NCBI GenBank assembly: GCA_951406725.2
Contig: OX597816.1
Location: 63,054,001 to 63,118,000 of the forward strand
Origin: Octopus vulgaris
Lineage: Eukaryota
Direction of reading: 5' to 3'
DNA length: 64,000 nt
The notes beneath the pieces were generated by a model. That model was given only the letters and a program-made list of their open reading frames with translations, made no database searches and was not told where the DNA came from. How positions within the stretch are numbered: position 1 is the first letter of the stretch; each line of letters begins with the position of its first letter. A program made the position numbers and the translations under genes. Of this stretch, positions 27,372 to 40,692 are shown piece by piece.

Positions 27372-28680
27372 CACCCTAATGGGAACCTTAACTCCCAAAT
27401 TTTAGTCATTTCTTTTATGATCCAAAGCTAGGTCAAAAGTACTGAATGGATCTTTATGAAATTTGGAAATTATATTCTATGAAGAGGGCCATAACCCCCA
27501 TCATATAATTTTGCTGTTGATGAAATTTTAACCATAGATATTAGACACAAATGAAGTAATATTTATAAAATTTTATCTTCTTACAAAGTTAGAAGGACCC
27601 CACCATGGGGACTTAACACCTACAATTTTGTCATTTTATCTAAGCAAAAACGAATACAGTTGTGCTCTTGGAAGCTGTAGGGTTACCCGAGCATAAATGT
27701 TGGGCATTATTTCTAATTCAGTGGTACAACAGTGTAACAGTTTGCTTTGACATACACTTACATTGTGATTTCTTCAATGTGGTGCATAAATTGTCCAAGT
27801 AAATTAGAGGCATCTTTGCCTCCACTGATTCAGTTGCAAAGTGTTGAGTAAAGTTATTTGATTGCAGACCTCCTTTCAGTTTTTTTATTATCACTCGGTC
27901 ACACATAGTCCCCAGATGGTAACATTGATTTCAAGGCCTTCCTAGATGAGTGACTGGTTATTCAAAGACATTTATAGATTTTAAATTTATTCTATCCAGT
28001 TACGTATCAGTATAGTGATCATTTGCAAACTCCAGAGGTGACACTTTAATTTCTCCTTAGCCCTCACGTCACACAGTTGTTAATGTTGATTTCAGTTGGG
28101 TCACACACTTCCAATTGCTATAGATACGTAATGCATCTTACGTCTGTGCATGTCACCTGGATGGTGAGGAATCCTACATTGGGAGTGGTAACGACTAGGG
28201 TAGGGTAACTGACTGCTTATTGTGATCATTCGTCTTTTGGTTTCCTGTAGCTTTGCTCTCTTTTACGAACCCAGTGAACATATTTTTCCTATTTCAAAGA
28301 AATTCAAACAATAGATATAAGACGCAAGTAAAAAAAGATTTTCAAGAATTCAACTTCTCTGGTTGACATTAAGATGCCCACCCCCAACAGGGGCCTTAAC
28401 TCTCACATTTTAGAGCTCCATAACCTTCATTTTTCAGGAGCAAAATCTTTTTAACAGGTTCAATAAGACTGGAATTTTGGAATATGCGCATAAAAATCAG
28501 TAGTATGGGATACATGTGGCATGATTACAATTTTTTAGGGTGTATAAAGAGGGAAATAACCCTCATCTGCAATTTTGATGAAATTCGAAACATAGATATT
28601 CCAGTTCATTACGGAAGATATAACACAAAAGTCTAATTCTTCAATTGAATGTAACCGGACAACGCCGGGTATCTCTGCTA

Positions 28681-28681
<1 letters not shown>
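27370..28681 (+). mobile_element. Helitron with intact 3' terminus
   Basis: ccggacaacgccgg hairpin then CTAG (28678-28681) followed by T; internal dispersed ggg(a/g)ccttaac repeats; 5' end either in the (TA)n at about 27310 or at 23582. Confidence 0.65.
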
Positions 28682-28716
<35 letters not shown>

Positions 28717-28785
28717 CACTACCTGTCATAAATACCCTTTTTCTATTTGCAATATGCATTTTCGTTGATTTTTTTCATATTTTAC

Positions 28786-28836
<51 letters not shown>

Positions 28837-28965
28837 GTATGTATGTATATATATATATAAAGTTAATCCAAACAAGAAAACACAGAAAAAAAGGGAAAAA
28901 AACACAGCAACGCAGGACGTGGAACAATTAAGTATTATTGACGCTCAGGAAAGAAGGGAAGGAGG

Positions 28966-29000
28966 GTTTAACGTTTCGAGCGGGGCTCTTCGTCGGAAAC
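28966..29000 (-). ncRNA. Minimal type I hammerhead motif (U4C substitution, probably inactive)
   Basis: GUUU-CCGACGA-A-GAGC(CCC)GCUC-GAAA-CG-UU-AAAC. Confidence 0.65.
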
Positions 29001-29497
29001 AAGGAGAAGGAAAGATCCCAAGGAGGGAAGACAGAGGAGACAATATTTGAAATGGTTTTATAATGCAAAAGAGTTCCAAAAAAAGGGAATGCCTGTGTGT
29101 GTGTGCAAGATGACAAGTGTGTTTGTGCGTGCGTGTGTGTGTGTGTGTGTTTTTTTTGAATAGATAATGACAAAGCCAGCTGTGGTGATGACTACTAGCT
29201 GTTTGTGTAAAGGTAGGTCAAAGACAGGTCAAAAAACATCATATGTGTGTGTTGTTTGTAGTGTGTGTGTGTGTGTGTGTGCGTGTGTGTGTTCGTGTGT
29301 GTATGCGTAGAGTGTGGGTGTGCGGCGTAACCCTAGTACATGTGTGCTTGTACGTGCGTGTGTGTGTGTAGGGGGATGTATATGTGGGTTTATTTGTGTG
29401 AGAGTGTATGTATGTGCGTGTATGTGAGCGTTTGTATGTGTTTGTGTGTATGTGTGCGTGCGCGGATGGGTGTATATTGTGTATGTATATCAATGAA

Positions 29498-29830
29498 GGC
29501 GCATGGCTCAGTGGTTAGAGCGTCGAGCTTACGATCGTAAGGTTGTGAGCTCGAATCCCGGACCGGGCTGCGTGTTGTGTTCTTGAGCAAAACACTTTAT
29601 TTCACGTTGCTCCAGTTCACTCAGCTGTAGAAATGAGTTGCGACGTCTCTGGTGCCAAGCTGTATCGACCTTTGTCTTTCCCTTGGATAACACTGGTGGC
29701 GTGGAGAGGGGTGGCTGGTATGCGTGGGCGACTGCTGGTCTTCCATAAACAACCTTGCCCGGACTTATGTCTAGGAGGGTAACTTTCTAGGTGCAATCCC
29801 ATGGTCATACATGACCGAAGGGGGTCTTTA
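29498..29830 (+). mobile_element. SINE family C, tRNA-Arg(ACG)-like head
   Basis: ggcgcatggctcagtggttagagcgtcgagcttACGatcgtaaggttgtgagctcgaatccc, then a gtgttgtgttcttgagcaa body. Confidence 0.8.
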
Positions 29831-29844
29831 CCCTATATCTGTCG

Positions 29845-31176
29845 GTGTGTATGTGAGTTTGTGTGTGTTTGTACGCGTGTATGTGTGTGTGAGTGTATAG
29901 TATATATATATATGTAAATGTGTGTGTGTGCGTGCGTGTGTGTGTACGTGCGTGCGAGTGAATGTATGTATATATGTGTGCGTGTGTGTACAATGTAGGG
30001 GCTTATATGTGTGTTTATATGTGTGTGTGTATGTATGTGTGTGTATGTGTATGTATGTATATATATGCGTGTGTGTATGTATGTATGTGTGTGTGTATGG
30101 GTGTTTGCATGCGTGTGTGTATGTATGTATGTGTGTGTATGTGTGTATGTATGTATGTATGTGTGTGTGTATGTGTGTGTGTATGTATGTATGTACGTAC
30201 GTATGAATGTATGTGTGTGTGTATGTATGTATGTACGTATGTGTGTATGTATGTATTTTTGCATGCGTGTATGTGCGTGTGTGTACCTAAGTATGTTTAT
30301 GTATGTGTGTGTATGTATGTATTTATGTATGTAGTGTATGTATGTGTGTGTGTATGTATGTATGTGTGCATGCGTGTATGTGTGCATGTGCGTGTGTTTG
30401 TATGTATATATATGTGTGTGTATGTGTGTGTGTATGTATGTATATGTGTGTGTATGTATGTGCGTATGTATGTATGTGTGTGTATGTATGTATGTGTATG
30501 TGTGTAAGTTTGTATGTATGTATGTATGTATGTATGTACGTGTGTGTGTATGTATGTGTGTGTATGTATGTGTGCGTGCGTGTGTGTGTATGTGTGTGTG
30601 TATGTATGTATGTATATGTATGTTTGTGTTTGTATGTATCTATGTATGTATGTGTGCTTGTATATGTGTATATATGTATGTATGTGTGTATGCGTGTGTG
30701 TATGTGTGTGTGTATGTGTGTAAGTGTGTATGTATGTATGGATGGGTGTATGTGTGTGTATGTGTATGTGTATGTGTGTATGTATATGTACGCGTGTGTG
30801 TATGTATGTGTGTATAGTATGTGTGTGTATGTATATATGTGTGCATGCGTGTATGTGTGCATGTGTGTGTCTGTATGTATGTATGTATATGTATGTGTGT
30901 GTGTATGTATATATGTGTCTATGTATGTATGTGTGTATGTATGTGTGTATGTGTGTGTGTATGTATGTGTGTGTATGTATGTAAGTGTGTGTGTATGTAT
31001 GTGTGTATGTATGTGTGTGTGTATGTATGTGTATATATGTATGTATGTGTGCATGCGTGTATGTGTGTATGTGCGTGTGTGTACGTATGTGTGTATATGC
31101 ATGTGTGTGTATGTATGTATATGTATGTGTGTGTATATGCATGTGTGTATGTGTGTGTGTGTATGTATGTGTATTT

Positions 31177-31214
<38 letters not shown>

Positions 31215-31640
31215 ATGTATGTGTGTGTATGTGTTTGTGTGTATGTGTGTGTATGTATGTTTGTGTGTATGTGTGTATCTGTGTATATATGTGTGTTGTA
31301 TGTATGTATGTATGTATGTGTGTGTGTGTGTACGTGTGTGTATGTATGCATGTATGTATGTGTGTATGTATGTGTGCGTGCGTGTGTGTGTGGGTATGTG
31401 TGTATGTATGTGTGTATGTATATGTATGTGTGTGTATGTATGTGTGTATGTATGTGTGTGTGTGAGTGTATGTATGTGTGCATATGTGTATGTATGTGTG
31501 TGTATGTATGTGTGTGTATGTATGTATGTATGTATGTATGTATGTATGTATGTATGTATGTATGTGTGTATGTATGTATGTATGTATGAATGTATCTATG
31601 TATTATTATGTGTGTGTACGTATGTATGTGTGTGTGTGAA
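29845..31640. repeat. About 1.8-kb compound (TG)n/(TATG)n low-complexity array
   Basis: Direct reading. Confidence 0.95.
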
Positions 31641-31764
31641 TGTATACGTGTGGGGGGGTTTGGAGTTGTGTGGGCGTAAGGTACATGTGCGTGTGTGCGC
31701 TTACGTGCGTGTATCTGTGCGTCCCAGCTAGGTGTTTATAGGAGTGTGCGTATCTGTATGAGTA

Positions 31765-31984
31765 TTTATTTCACTACTGCCCACAAGGGGCTAAACACAG
31801 AGGGGACAAACGGATTATGTCGATTACATCGACCCCAGTGCGTAACTGGTACTTAATTTATCGACCCCGAAAGGATGAAAGGCAAAGTCGACCTCGGCGG
31901 AATTTGAACTCAGAACGTAACGGCAGACGAAATACGGCTACGCATTTCGCCCGGCGTGCTAAAGTTTCTGCCAGCTCGCCGCCT
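31765..31984 (-). mobile_element. SINE family B, young copy
   Basis: Nearly identical to 52730-52960. Confidence 0.8.
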
Positions 31985-32297
31985 ATCTGTATGAGTATTG
32001 TCCCTGGTGTGTGTGCACGGGCATGTGTGTGTGTGCACGTGGGGGTGTGTGGGTGTGTGGGTGTGTGTATGGGTGTGGAGGTATGTGTGCGTACATGTGC
32101 ATGTACGTTGTGTGTGTGTGGTGTGTTGGGAGTAGGTGTGTTCGTGGGTACGTGAGTATGTGTGTGTGACAGCATAAGGACAATTATAAAAATTAAAAAA
32201 ATTTAAAAATAAATAATAATTAATAAACAAGAAAAAAATAAATAATAAATAAATAAAAAAAAAATAAAAGATGCGGGGGAGAAGTGGAGCGCAGTCA

Positions 32298-32822
32298 CTA
32301 AGAGGAGGGAGCTGTGTTGAGTCCGTGTGGGGTTAGAGTCCGTAGAAGGAATATGAACCGTTGTTCCAAGTGAAGCCTAGATTGGGGAGAGCCGTTGTGT
32401 GGGGCAAGACCAAACGCCGAGATGTCATCGGGGGAATGGCTGGCTGAGCGGAAGTGCCGTGCGACGGGAGAATTGGAAAATAGACGAACATCCCGCAGAT
32501 GCTCGGTGAATCGGTCTGACAACCGGCGTCCCGTCTGTCCTATATACAGCATCCTGCAGCGGTTGCATTTAATGCAGTATATGAGTCCAGACGAGGTGCA
32601 CGTAAAGGAATACTCGATACGTACAGTTCGCCGGTTGGAACCGGTGACAGCAGTGGTGTTGGTGATGAAGGGGCAGGTGTTGCAGCGGGATCTGGAGCAT
32701 GGGAAGGATCCGAGTGGGACCGAGGGGGAAGAAGGGAGGGTGCTACGGATCAAGAGGTCGCGTAGATTCCGGGCTCGTTTGAAGGAGGACAGGGGTGGGT
32801 TGGGGAAAATGGGGTGGGTCAT
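32298..32822 (-). CDS. Penelope-like (Neptune-type) GIY-YIG endonuclease domain with Cys-rich linker; 3' part of a truncated RT-EN ORF
   Basis: SFKRARNLRDLL, CSRSRCNTC linker, LIYCIKCNRCRMLYIGQTGRRLSDRFTEH, VARHF, RLHLEQRFIFLLRTLTPHGLN; 174 aa without stops; the Met is probably not a true start. Confidence 0.9.
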   Translation of the reverse strand: MTHPIFPNPPLSSFKRARNLRDLLIRSTLPSSPSVPLGSFPCSRSRCNTCPFITNTTAVTGSNRRTVRIEYSFTCTSSGLIYCIKCNRCRMLYIGQTGRRLSDRFTEHLRDVRLFSNSPVARHFRSASHSPDDISAFGLAPHNGSPQSRLHLEQRFIFLLRTLTPHGLNTAPSS

Positions 32823-32838
32823 GGAGTCGAATTATTAT

Positions 32839-32906
<68 letters not shown>

Positions 32907-32913
<7 letters not shown>

Positions 32914-33235
32914 AAATTAGGATAAGATCGTTCATTTAAATATTGATCTTATCAAGTGGCCAGCATGGGAATAAAAACCTTCAAACGTAATAATTATTAT
33001 TAAAATTATAAATTAGGGTATCTAAGAGATACCTCCACGCTGGAAATAGCAGCCAAAACTTGACTCTTGAACGTGGTTTTTAGAGTCAAGTTTTGGCTGT
33101 TATTTCTAGCGTAGAGGTATGTATGTATATATATATGTATATGTATGTATGTATGTATGACTCTTGAACGTGGTTTTTAGAGTCAAGTTTTGGCCGCTAT
33201 TTCCAGTGTGGAAGTATCTTTTAGATACCTTAAAT

Positions 33236-33245
<10 letters not shown>
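32907..33245. mobile_element. Short fold-back element with one-sided tail between (TA)n arrays
   Basis: 33001-33067 pairs with both 33082-33120 and 33179-33245; the tail 32910-32980 recurs inverted at 39130-39197. Confidence 0.65.
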
Positions 33246-33301
<56 letters not shown>

Positions 33302-33437
33302 GATATGTATGTATATGTATATATCCACATATAGATAGATAGATAGATAGATAGATACATACATACATACATACATACATACATACATACATACATACAT
33401 ACATACATACATACATACATACATACATGCATGCATA

Positions 33438-33626
33438 TACAGGTTCAGATTTATACCTGTAATTATTGAGACCTTGGGATATGTAACACACTGCCTAAAT
33501 AGCAATCTTGAGAAATTAGGCTTCTTCTCAAAACCAGAACGGAGAAAGCTAATTAGAAGACTACAGATCCAGTCCATCACTGGAAATATAAATATCTGTA
33601 AAACTTTCCAGAAGTTTATCATTTAA
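33438..33626 (+). pseudogene. C-terminus of an RLE-type (R4/Dong-like) LINE ORF embedded in (TACA)n
   Basis: YRFRFIPVIIETLGYVTHCLNSNLEKLGFFSKPERRKLIRRLQIQSITGNINICKTFQKFII* matches the hIPhhhGxLG...LQ...hxG tail of RLE elements. Confidence 0.65.
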
Positions 33627-34200
33627 ATATATATGAGTATGTCTAGATATGTAACTATATACATGAGAATACGTGCATAAATCATATATACATACATACA
33701 TACATACATACATACATACATGCATGCTTGCATGCATACATGCATACATACATGCATACATACATGCATGCATGCATGCATGCATACATACATACATACA
33801 TACATACATGCATGCATGCATGCATACATACATACATGCATGCATGCACACACACATACATACATACATACATACATAAATAAATGCATACATACATGCA
33901 TGCATACATACATACATACATAAATGCATGTAAGCATGAATACATACATACATACTAACATAGATAGATACATGCATGCATGCATGCATGCATACATACA
34001 TACATACATACATAAATGCATACATACATACATTCATACGTACATACATACATATATACATACATACATGCATGCATACATACATACATACATACATACA
34101 TGCATGCATGCATACATACATACATACGTACATACATACATACATACATACATGCATGCATACATACATACATACATACATACATACATACATACATACA

Positions 34201-34232
<32 letters not shown>

Positions 34233-34474
34233 CATGTATGCATACATACATGCATACATACATACATACATACTCACACACATACTATTTGTTTGCTTTA
34301 TATGAAGTTATCTTCAAAAACCGTCACCATTAATAGAGAAACAACTCATTTTATTTGAGTATGGCATTTATTCATACAAGGAAAACATTGACAGTAACTC
34401 CGAAGTTTCACCAACCTTATGCCTCTGTGTGCGTGTTTGCATTTACATAGAAGCAGAATATTCCCTTCGCTCTT

Positions 34475-34832
34475 TCTCTTTTACTCTCTTTTACTTGTTT
34501 CAGTCATTTGACTGCGGCCATGCTGGAGCACCGCCTCTAGTCGAGCAAATCGACCCCGGGACTTATTCTTTGTAAGCCCATACTTATTCTATCGGTCTCT
34601 TTTGCCCAACCGCTAAGTAACGGGGACGTAAACATACCAGCATCGGTTGTCAAACAATGCTAGGGGGACAAACACAGACACACAAACATATACACGCACA
34701 TACATATATATATATATATATGCGACAGGCTTCTTTCAGTTTCCGTCTACCAAATCCACTCACAAGGCATTGGTCGGCCAGAGGCTATAGCAGAAGACAC
34801 CTGCCCAAGATGCCACGCAGTGGGACTGAACC
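34475..34832 (-). mobile_element. SINE family A (5'-clipped)
   Basis: Reverse complement of family A. Confidence 0.8.
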
Positions 34833-35272
34833 CTTCATTTATTTTTTGTTTTCGTTTTTTTTTTAATATTTTTAGCTAATATATGCAATTGTTAGCTTTA
34901 TACTTTCAGGTCCAGCGTGAGAAATGGTAAAAAAACAAAAAAGTAGATTCTCTAACACGAATAACCTTGTACGTAAGGGGGGAGAGAAAAAAACCCAAAT
35001 ATATATATATATAGAAGCAATGTGAAGTAAATAAAATGTAAGAATGGAATGTTGGGGAAAAGCTAATTAAAACGGCTAAGAAGAAGAAACTAGAAAAAAC
35101 AACAGATTTTCAAGGCATAGGCCTGAATGGAAAAGTATAACCGGAAGAATGTAAGCATGGCAAAAAAAAAAAGGTGAAGAATGAACATCGAAAACAAACA
35201 CATATGCGCTCGCGCACACACCTACACACATACGCAAGCACACATACATATAATGTGTGTATTTATGTATGC

Positions 35273-35417
<145 letters not shown>

Positions 35418-36165
35418 GTTTGTGTGTATGCGTGCGTGTAGGCAGAGGAATGCGTGAAGAATTAAGAAAGGAAATAAAATAGGGTAAGAATTGTTAAGAA
35501 GCGGATTGGCTATGAAAGATAGAAATGGAGGAGAAAAAGAAAAAAAAAAGAAGAAATGAGAAAAGAAAGAAAAACGAAAGATAAAAATCCAATTCCTAGG
35601 CTCACCCGTCATATTCCGAACACACAAACACATTACGATGTGTGTGTGTGTATGTGTGTGCGTGCGTGCGTGTGCGTGTGTGTGTGTGTGTGTTTGTGAG
35701 GGAGAGATAGACTGAGATAGGGAGAGACAAAGAGAGAGAAAGAAAGAGAGAAAGAGCTAGAAAGGAAGAGAGATAGATTCAGAGAGGAGAGAGTGTGAGA
35801 AAGAGAGAGAGAGAGTGTGTGTGTGTGAGAAAGAGAGAGAGAATGTGTGTGAGAAAGAGAGAGTGTGTGTGAGAAAGAGAGAGAGTGTGTGAGAAAGAGA
35901 GAGAGAGTGTGTGTGTAAGAAAGAGAGAGAGAGAGTGTGTGTGTGAAAGAGAGAGAGTGAGAGTATGAGAAAGAGAGAGAGGTGGTGAAAAGAGAGGATA
36001 AAGAGATATGGAGATAGATAAAAGAGAGAAAGGAAGATGATGAGAAAGGGAGAGAGAGAGGGAGAGAGAGAGAGAGCGCGGGGAAAAAGCTGGGCGAAAT
36101 ACGAAAGTGAGCAAATGTTGAAGAAGGGGAAATAATACTCACAATAACAATACTACTACTACTAT

Positions 36166-36237
<72 letters not shown>

Positions 36238-36358
36238 TGATGATAATAATAATAATAATAAAATAACAACGAAAAGCTATGTCAGAAACGAGAAACGTAA
36301 TATATATGAGATAATGATAATAACGAGAAAATAAAAGAGAAAACACGCACACGCACAC

Positions 36359-36417
<59 letters not shown>

Positions 36418-36528
36418 AACATAAGTAAAAACATAAATAAACAAATGAAAAAAAGGTCATCTTATTGGCCAATGCAGGAGCATAAACCTGGAGCCAGTTT
36501 TTCTCCGAAACCGGCTACATCAACACCA

Positions 36529-36900
<372 letters not shown>

Positions 36901-37549
36901 ATGTTGTGTGTACGAAGGATAAACAGCTATGTAGTAATGTAGTAAGAATCTGCTACTACGAAATGAGTGCTGGCAACGCGTGTTTTCTACAAATGAACGA
37001 ACACTTTCAGCGATGACGTAATCTTGGGCGGGAAGGAACCAAAAGAAAAAGTTTCAGAACGAGGCTAGGAAAAAAAATCATATAAATAAAGGAGAGAGAA
37101 TGAAACACAAAAACAAAAAAACAAACAAAAACAAACAAAAAAACAATAAGAATGGTGTTAAAACATTATCGCATACAACACGCTCTCGTACAGTGAGAAA
37201 CACGTGTGCGTGTGTGTGTGCTTATGTGCGTGTGTGTGTGTGTGTGTGTGTGCGTGCGTGTGCGTGTGTGTGTGTGTGTGCGTGCATGTGCATGCGCGTG
37301 TGTGTCTTTGTGTTGCATATACATATGCATCTATTCATCCATCTGTCTCTCTATACGCGCGCACGCACACACACACACACACGCACACACATAAGTGTGT
37401 GTGTGCGTGTGTGTGTGTGTGTGTGGACACATGCAAACGTTTATATATAGAAAGAGGTAAACAGACAGACAGACAGGTAGGTAGGTAGATAGGTAGGTAG
37501 GTATGTATGTATGTATGTAGGTAGGTAGGTAGGTAGGTAGGTAGGGTGG

Positions 37550-37625
<76 letters not shown>

Positions 37626-37643
37626 TAGATAGATAGATAGATC

Positions 37644-37730
<87 letters not shown>

Positions 37731-38097
37731 CTGTAGAATAAGTTATTCGTGTACACATTTGTTCGTAGAGAGCTTCTAACCACTGCAAACGAAGCTAGCT
37801 ACACGCATGGATATGCGTAGTACGCATCAATGTGTAATTTTCAGTTTAGATGTAGAACCATTATCCCATACATTGCGATTTACAAATACTACGCTGTGCT
37901 TACGTGTGTACATACATAAAAATATGACGGAGTGTAAAGGGACCGCTCCTGGGCTTGGAGTTTAGGGTTCCAACTGAGCTGGGCTGAGCTTTAAACTATA
38001 ACTTCATTAACGAAAACAGACGTGCAGTTTTCTACAGGGTCGCTCAACCTGCTAGAAATAACAACCAAATCTTTTTTTTTTTCAAATTATACTATAC

Positions 38098-38510
38098 CAG
38101 GAGTGGTTGTGTGGTAAGTAGCTTGCTTACCGACCACATCGTTCCAGTTCAGTCCCATTGCGTGGCACCTTGGGCAAGTGTCTTCTACCATAGCCTCGGG
38201 CCGACCAAAGCCTTGTGAGTGGATTTGGTAGACGGAAACTGAAAGAAGCCCGTCGTATATATGTATATGTATATATATATGTGTGTGTGTGTTTGTGTGT
38301 CTGTGTTTGCCCCCACCACCACCACCAACATCGCTTGACAACTGATGCTGGTGTGTTTACGTTCACGTAAACTAGCGGTTCGGCAAAAGAGACCTCGATA
38401 GAATAAGTAATAGGCTTATAACGAATAAGTCCTGAGGGCGATTTATTCGACCAAAGTCGGTGCTCCAGCATGGCCGCAGTCAAATAACTGAAACAAGAAA
38501 AAGAGTAACA
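38098..38510 (+). mobile_element. SINE family A (another partial copy at 38862-39010)
   Basis: Colinear with 12440-12915. Confidence 0.8.
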
Positions 38511-38685
38511 GAGGATACTGTGTTAAAAAAAAAAAAAAGAAAAAACCAAAAAGGTCACATTCGATTATGTAAATATTTTGCATAGCCCAGAAAATAACAG
38601 GATAGTCACAGATGAAAAGTTTTTACTCATAGGCCTTGTCGAACAAAGTGGGCCTAAGATTAAGAGCTTGATGACAATTTGTGTG

Positions 38686-38740
<55 letters not shown>

Positions 38741-39196
38741 GGGTCACATGGAATCGAATGAAAGACAAAAAAACAAGAGGCGGGGAGAAAAGCGATGAGA
38801 CATATGTACATTATACAAAATATATGAGTAGATTATGCAGCCCTCTTGAAAAGGAAAACTCAGGCGTGGCTGTGAGCTAAGAAGCTTGCTTCCCAACCAC
38901 ATGGTTCCGTGATCAGTCCCACAGCGTAGCACCTTGGGCCAGTGTCTTTTATCATAACCTCAGGCTGACCAAAGACTTATGAATGAATCTGGTAGACGGA
39001 AACTGAAAGAAACCCACGCTTGTTTTAAATAAGTGAGCTCTCTGTGGTTTCAGAATATTCATCTATCTCCTATTTTTAGCGAACCTGGTACTTACCAGTA
39101 CCATAATAATATTATATATATATATATATAAACCTTCATGCTGGCCACTTGATAAGATTTAAATTAACGATCTTATCCTTATTTATATAAATTTAC

Positions 39197-39223
<27 letters not shown>

Positions 39224-39228
<5 letters not shown>

Positions 39229-39449
39229 ACTTTTTCTTCACCCACTCCCTTCCAGTCATTCAAAATGTGACCGCGTGTGTACCGTTGGCGATTTTTTTTC
39301 CTCCGTCTTCTCTTCTTTGGATCTTTCCTTTTCCTATGTTTCTGACGAAGAGCTCCTCTCGAAACGTTGAACCCTCCTTCTTTCCTGAGCGTGTAATAAT
39401 ACTATACTTGTTCTACGTCCTCGAATTGTTGTGTTTTCATGTTTGCATA

Positions 39450-39452
<3 letters not shown>
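39224..39452 (+). mobile_element. 3' end of Neptune-like PLE family 1 between (TA)n arrays
   Basis: Homologous to 28860-29040(-) and 23422-23546. Confidence 0.7.
39338..39372 (+). ncRNA. Minimal type I hammerhead ribozyme (dimer type)
   Basis: GUUU-CUGACGA-A-GAG(CUCCU)CUC-GAAA-CG-UU-GAAC; intact core, palindromic ACGU stem III. Confidence 0.75.
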
Positions 39453-39539
<87 letters not shown>

Positions 39540-39789
39540 AACTTACTTGGAAAAGGATGCGTGGCGTTGGATCATATAAATAATATATAAATATATGCAT
39601 ATATACATACATATATGTACATGACTACATATATATGTATATATACATGCATATATGGGTACAGAATATAAAAAAACGTTGAACACAATGAGAAACGAAA
39701 ACATAAAGACAAAAACATAGAAAACGAACTGTTTTTCGGACAACGAAAAAAAACCCCAGGGAAACGAGACTTACAACATAAAGAATATT

Positions 39790-39862
39790 CCCCTTCATCA
39801 TTTGTCCGTGTTTCATCTACTCCGCGTTACGAAGGCAAGGACAAGACGCGACTTTGTTGAAA
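39790..39862 (-). ncRNA. Candidate non-circularly permuted hammerhead (decayed copy) inside a repeat spanning about 39536-40175
   Basis: Minus: uuuca-acaaagu-CGCG-UC-UUGUCC-uug-CCUUC-GUAA-CGCG-gaguaga-ugaaa-cac-GGACAA-AUGAUGA-A-GGGG; two core substitutions. Confidence 0.5.
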
Positions 39863-40410
39863 AAGTCCTTCCCGCAAATCGAATTGAATAAAAGTTCTTA
39901 GACTTGCTTGCACGGTTCATGCTTTGGATGGCTACTAACATTATTATTCACTAGTAATGTCTCTATATATTTATAAATTATACCCTTAGTTTGTTTCGGA
40001 ATGTGCCAAGCATGTACGGTGAGGTAAATATATTTAGATTTAGCTGAGGAAACACAACTACCCCTTGGCACAAATCCCAATATCGATACTAACTTATCCG
40101 CCATTTCTTTTTACGGATTTCGCAAAGGTTCTTACCTTTTTTATTCCCTGGCCGCTTTTCACCATGCTTATTTTATATATGTGAGCTCTCTGTGGTTTTG
40201 GGGTTCATCTGACTTCTATTTCTAGCAAAGTTAGTACTTCCCAGTACCAAAATTATATTGTATTATATTATATTATATTATATTATATTATATTAAATTA
40301 TATTACATTATATTATATTATATTATATTATATTATATTATATTATATTATATTATATTATATTATATTATATATTATATTATGTTATATTATATTATAT
40401 TATATTATAT

Positions 40411-40468
<58 letters not shown>

Positions 40469-40633
40469 AAGGAAATGAAGAAAATGCTGACAAATATAAT
40501 TTAAGTAATTTAATAGGTAAAGTTCTTTTTACGGTTGCGCATTTGTTATATCATAACAAATATATATATTAAATTACTTCAATTATTTGTCATATTTCCT
40601 TTTATATATCACCACTCGTGTTCGACATCTCCT

Positions 40634-40689
<56 letters not shown>

Positions 40690-40692
<3 letters not shown>

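Larger units (their letters stand above)
28860..32835 (-). mobile_element. 5'-truncated Neptune-like Penelope element: GIY-YIG ORF end plus long microsatellite-filled 3' region with hammerhead, between two (TA)n arrays
   Basis: ORF 32298-32822(-), HHR 28966-29000(-) on the same strand, (TA)n at 28789-28834 and 32843-32907; continuity across the 3.3-kb repeat-filled gap is inferred. Confidence 0.6.
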
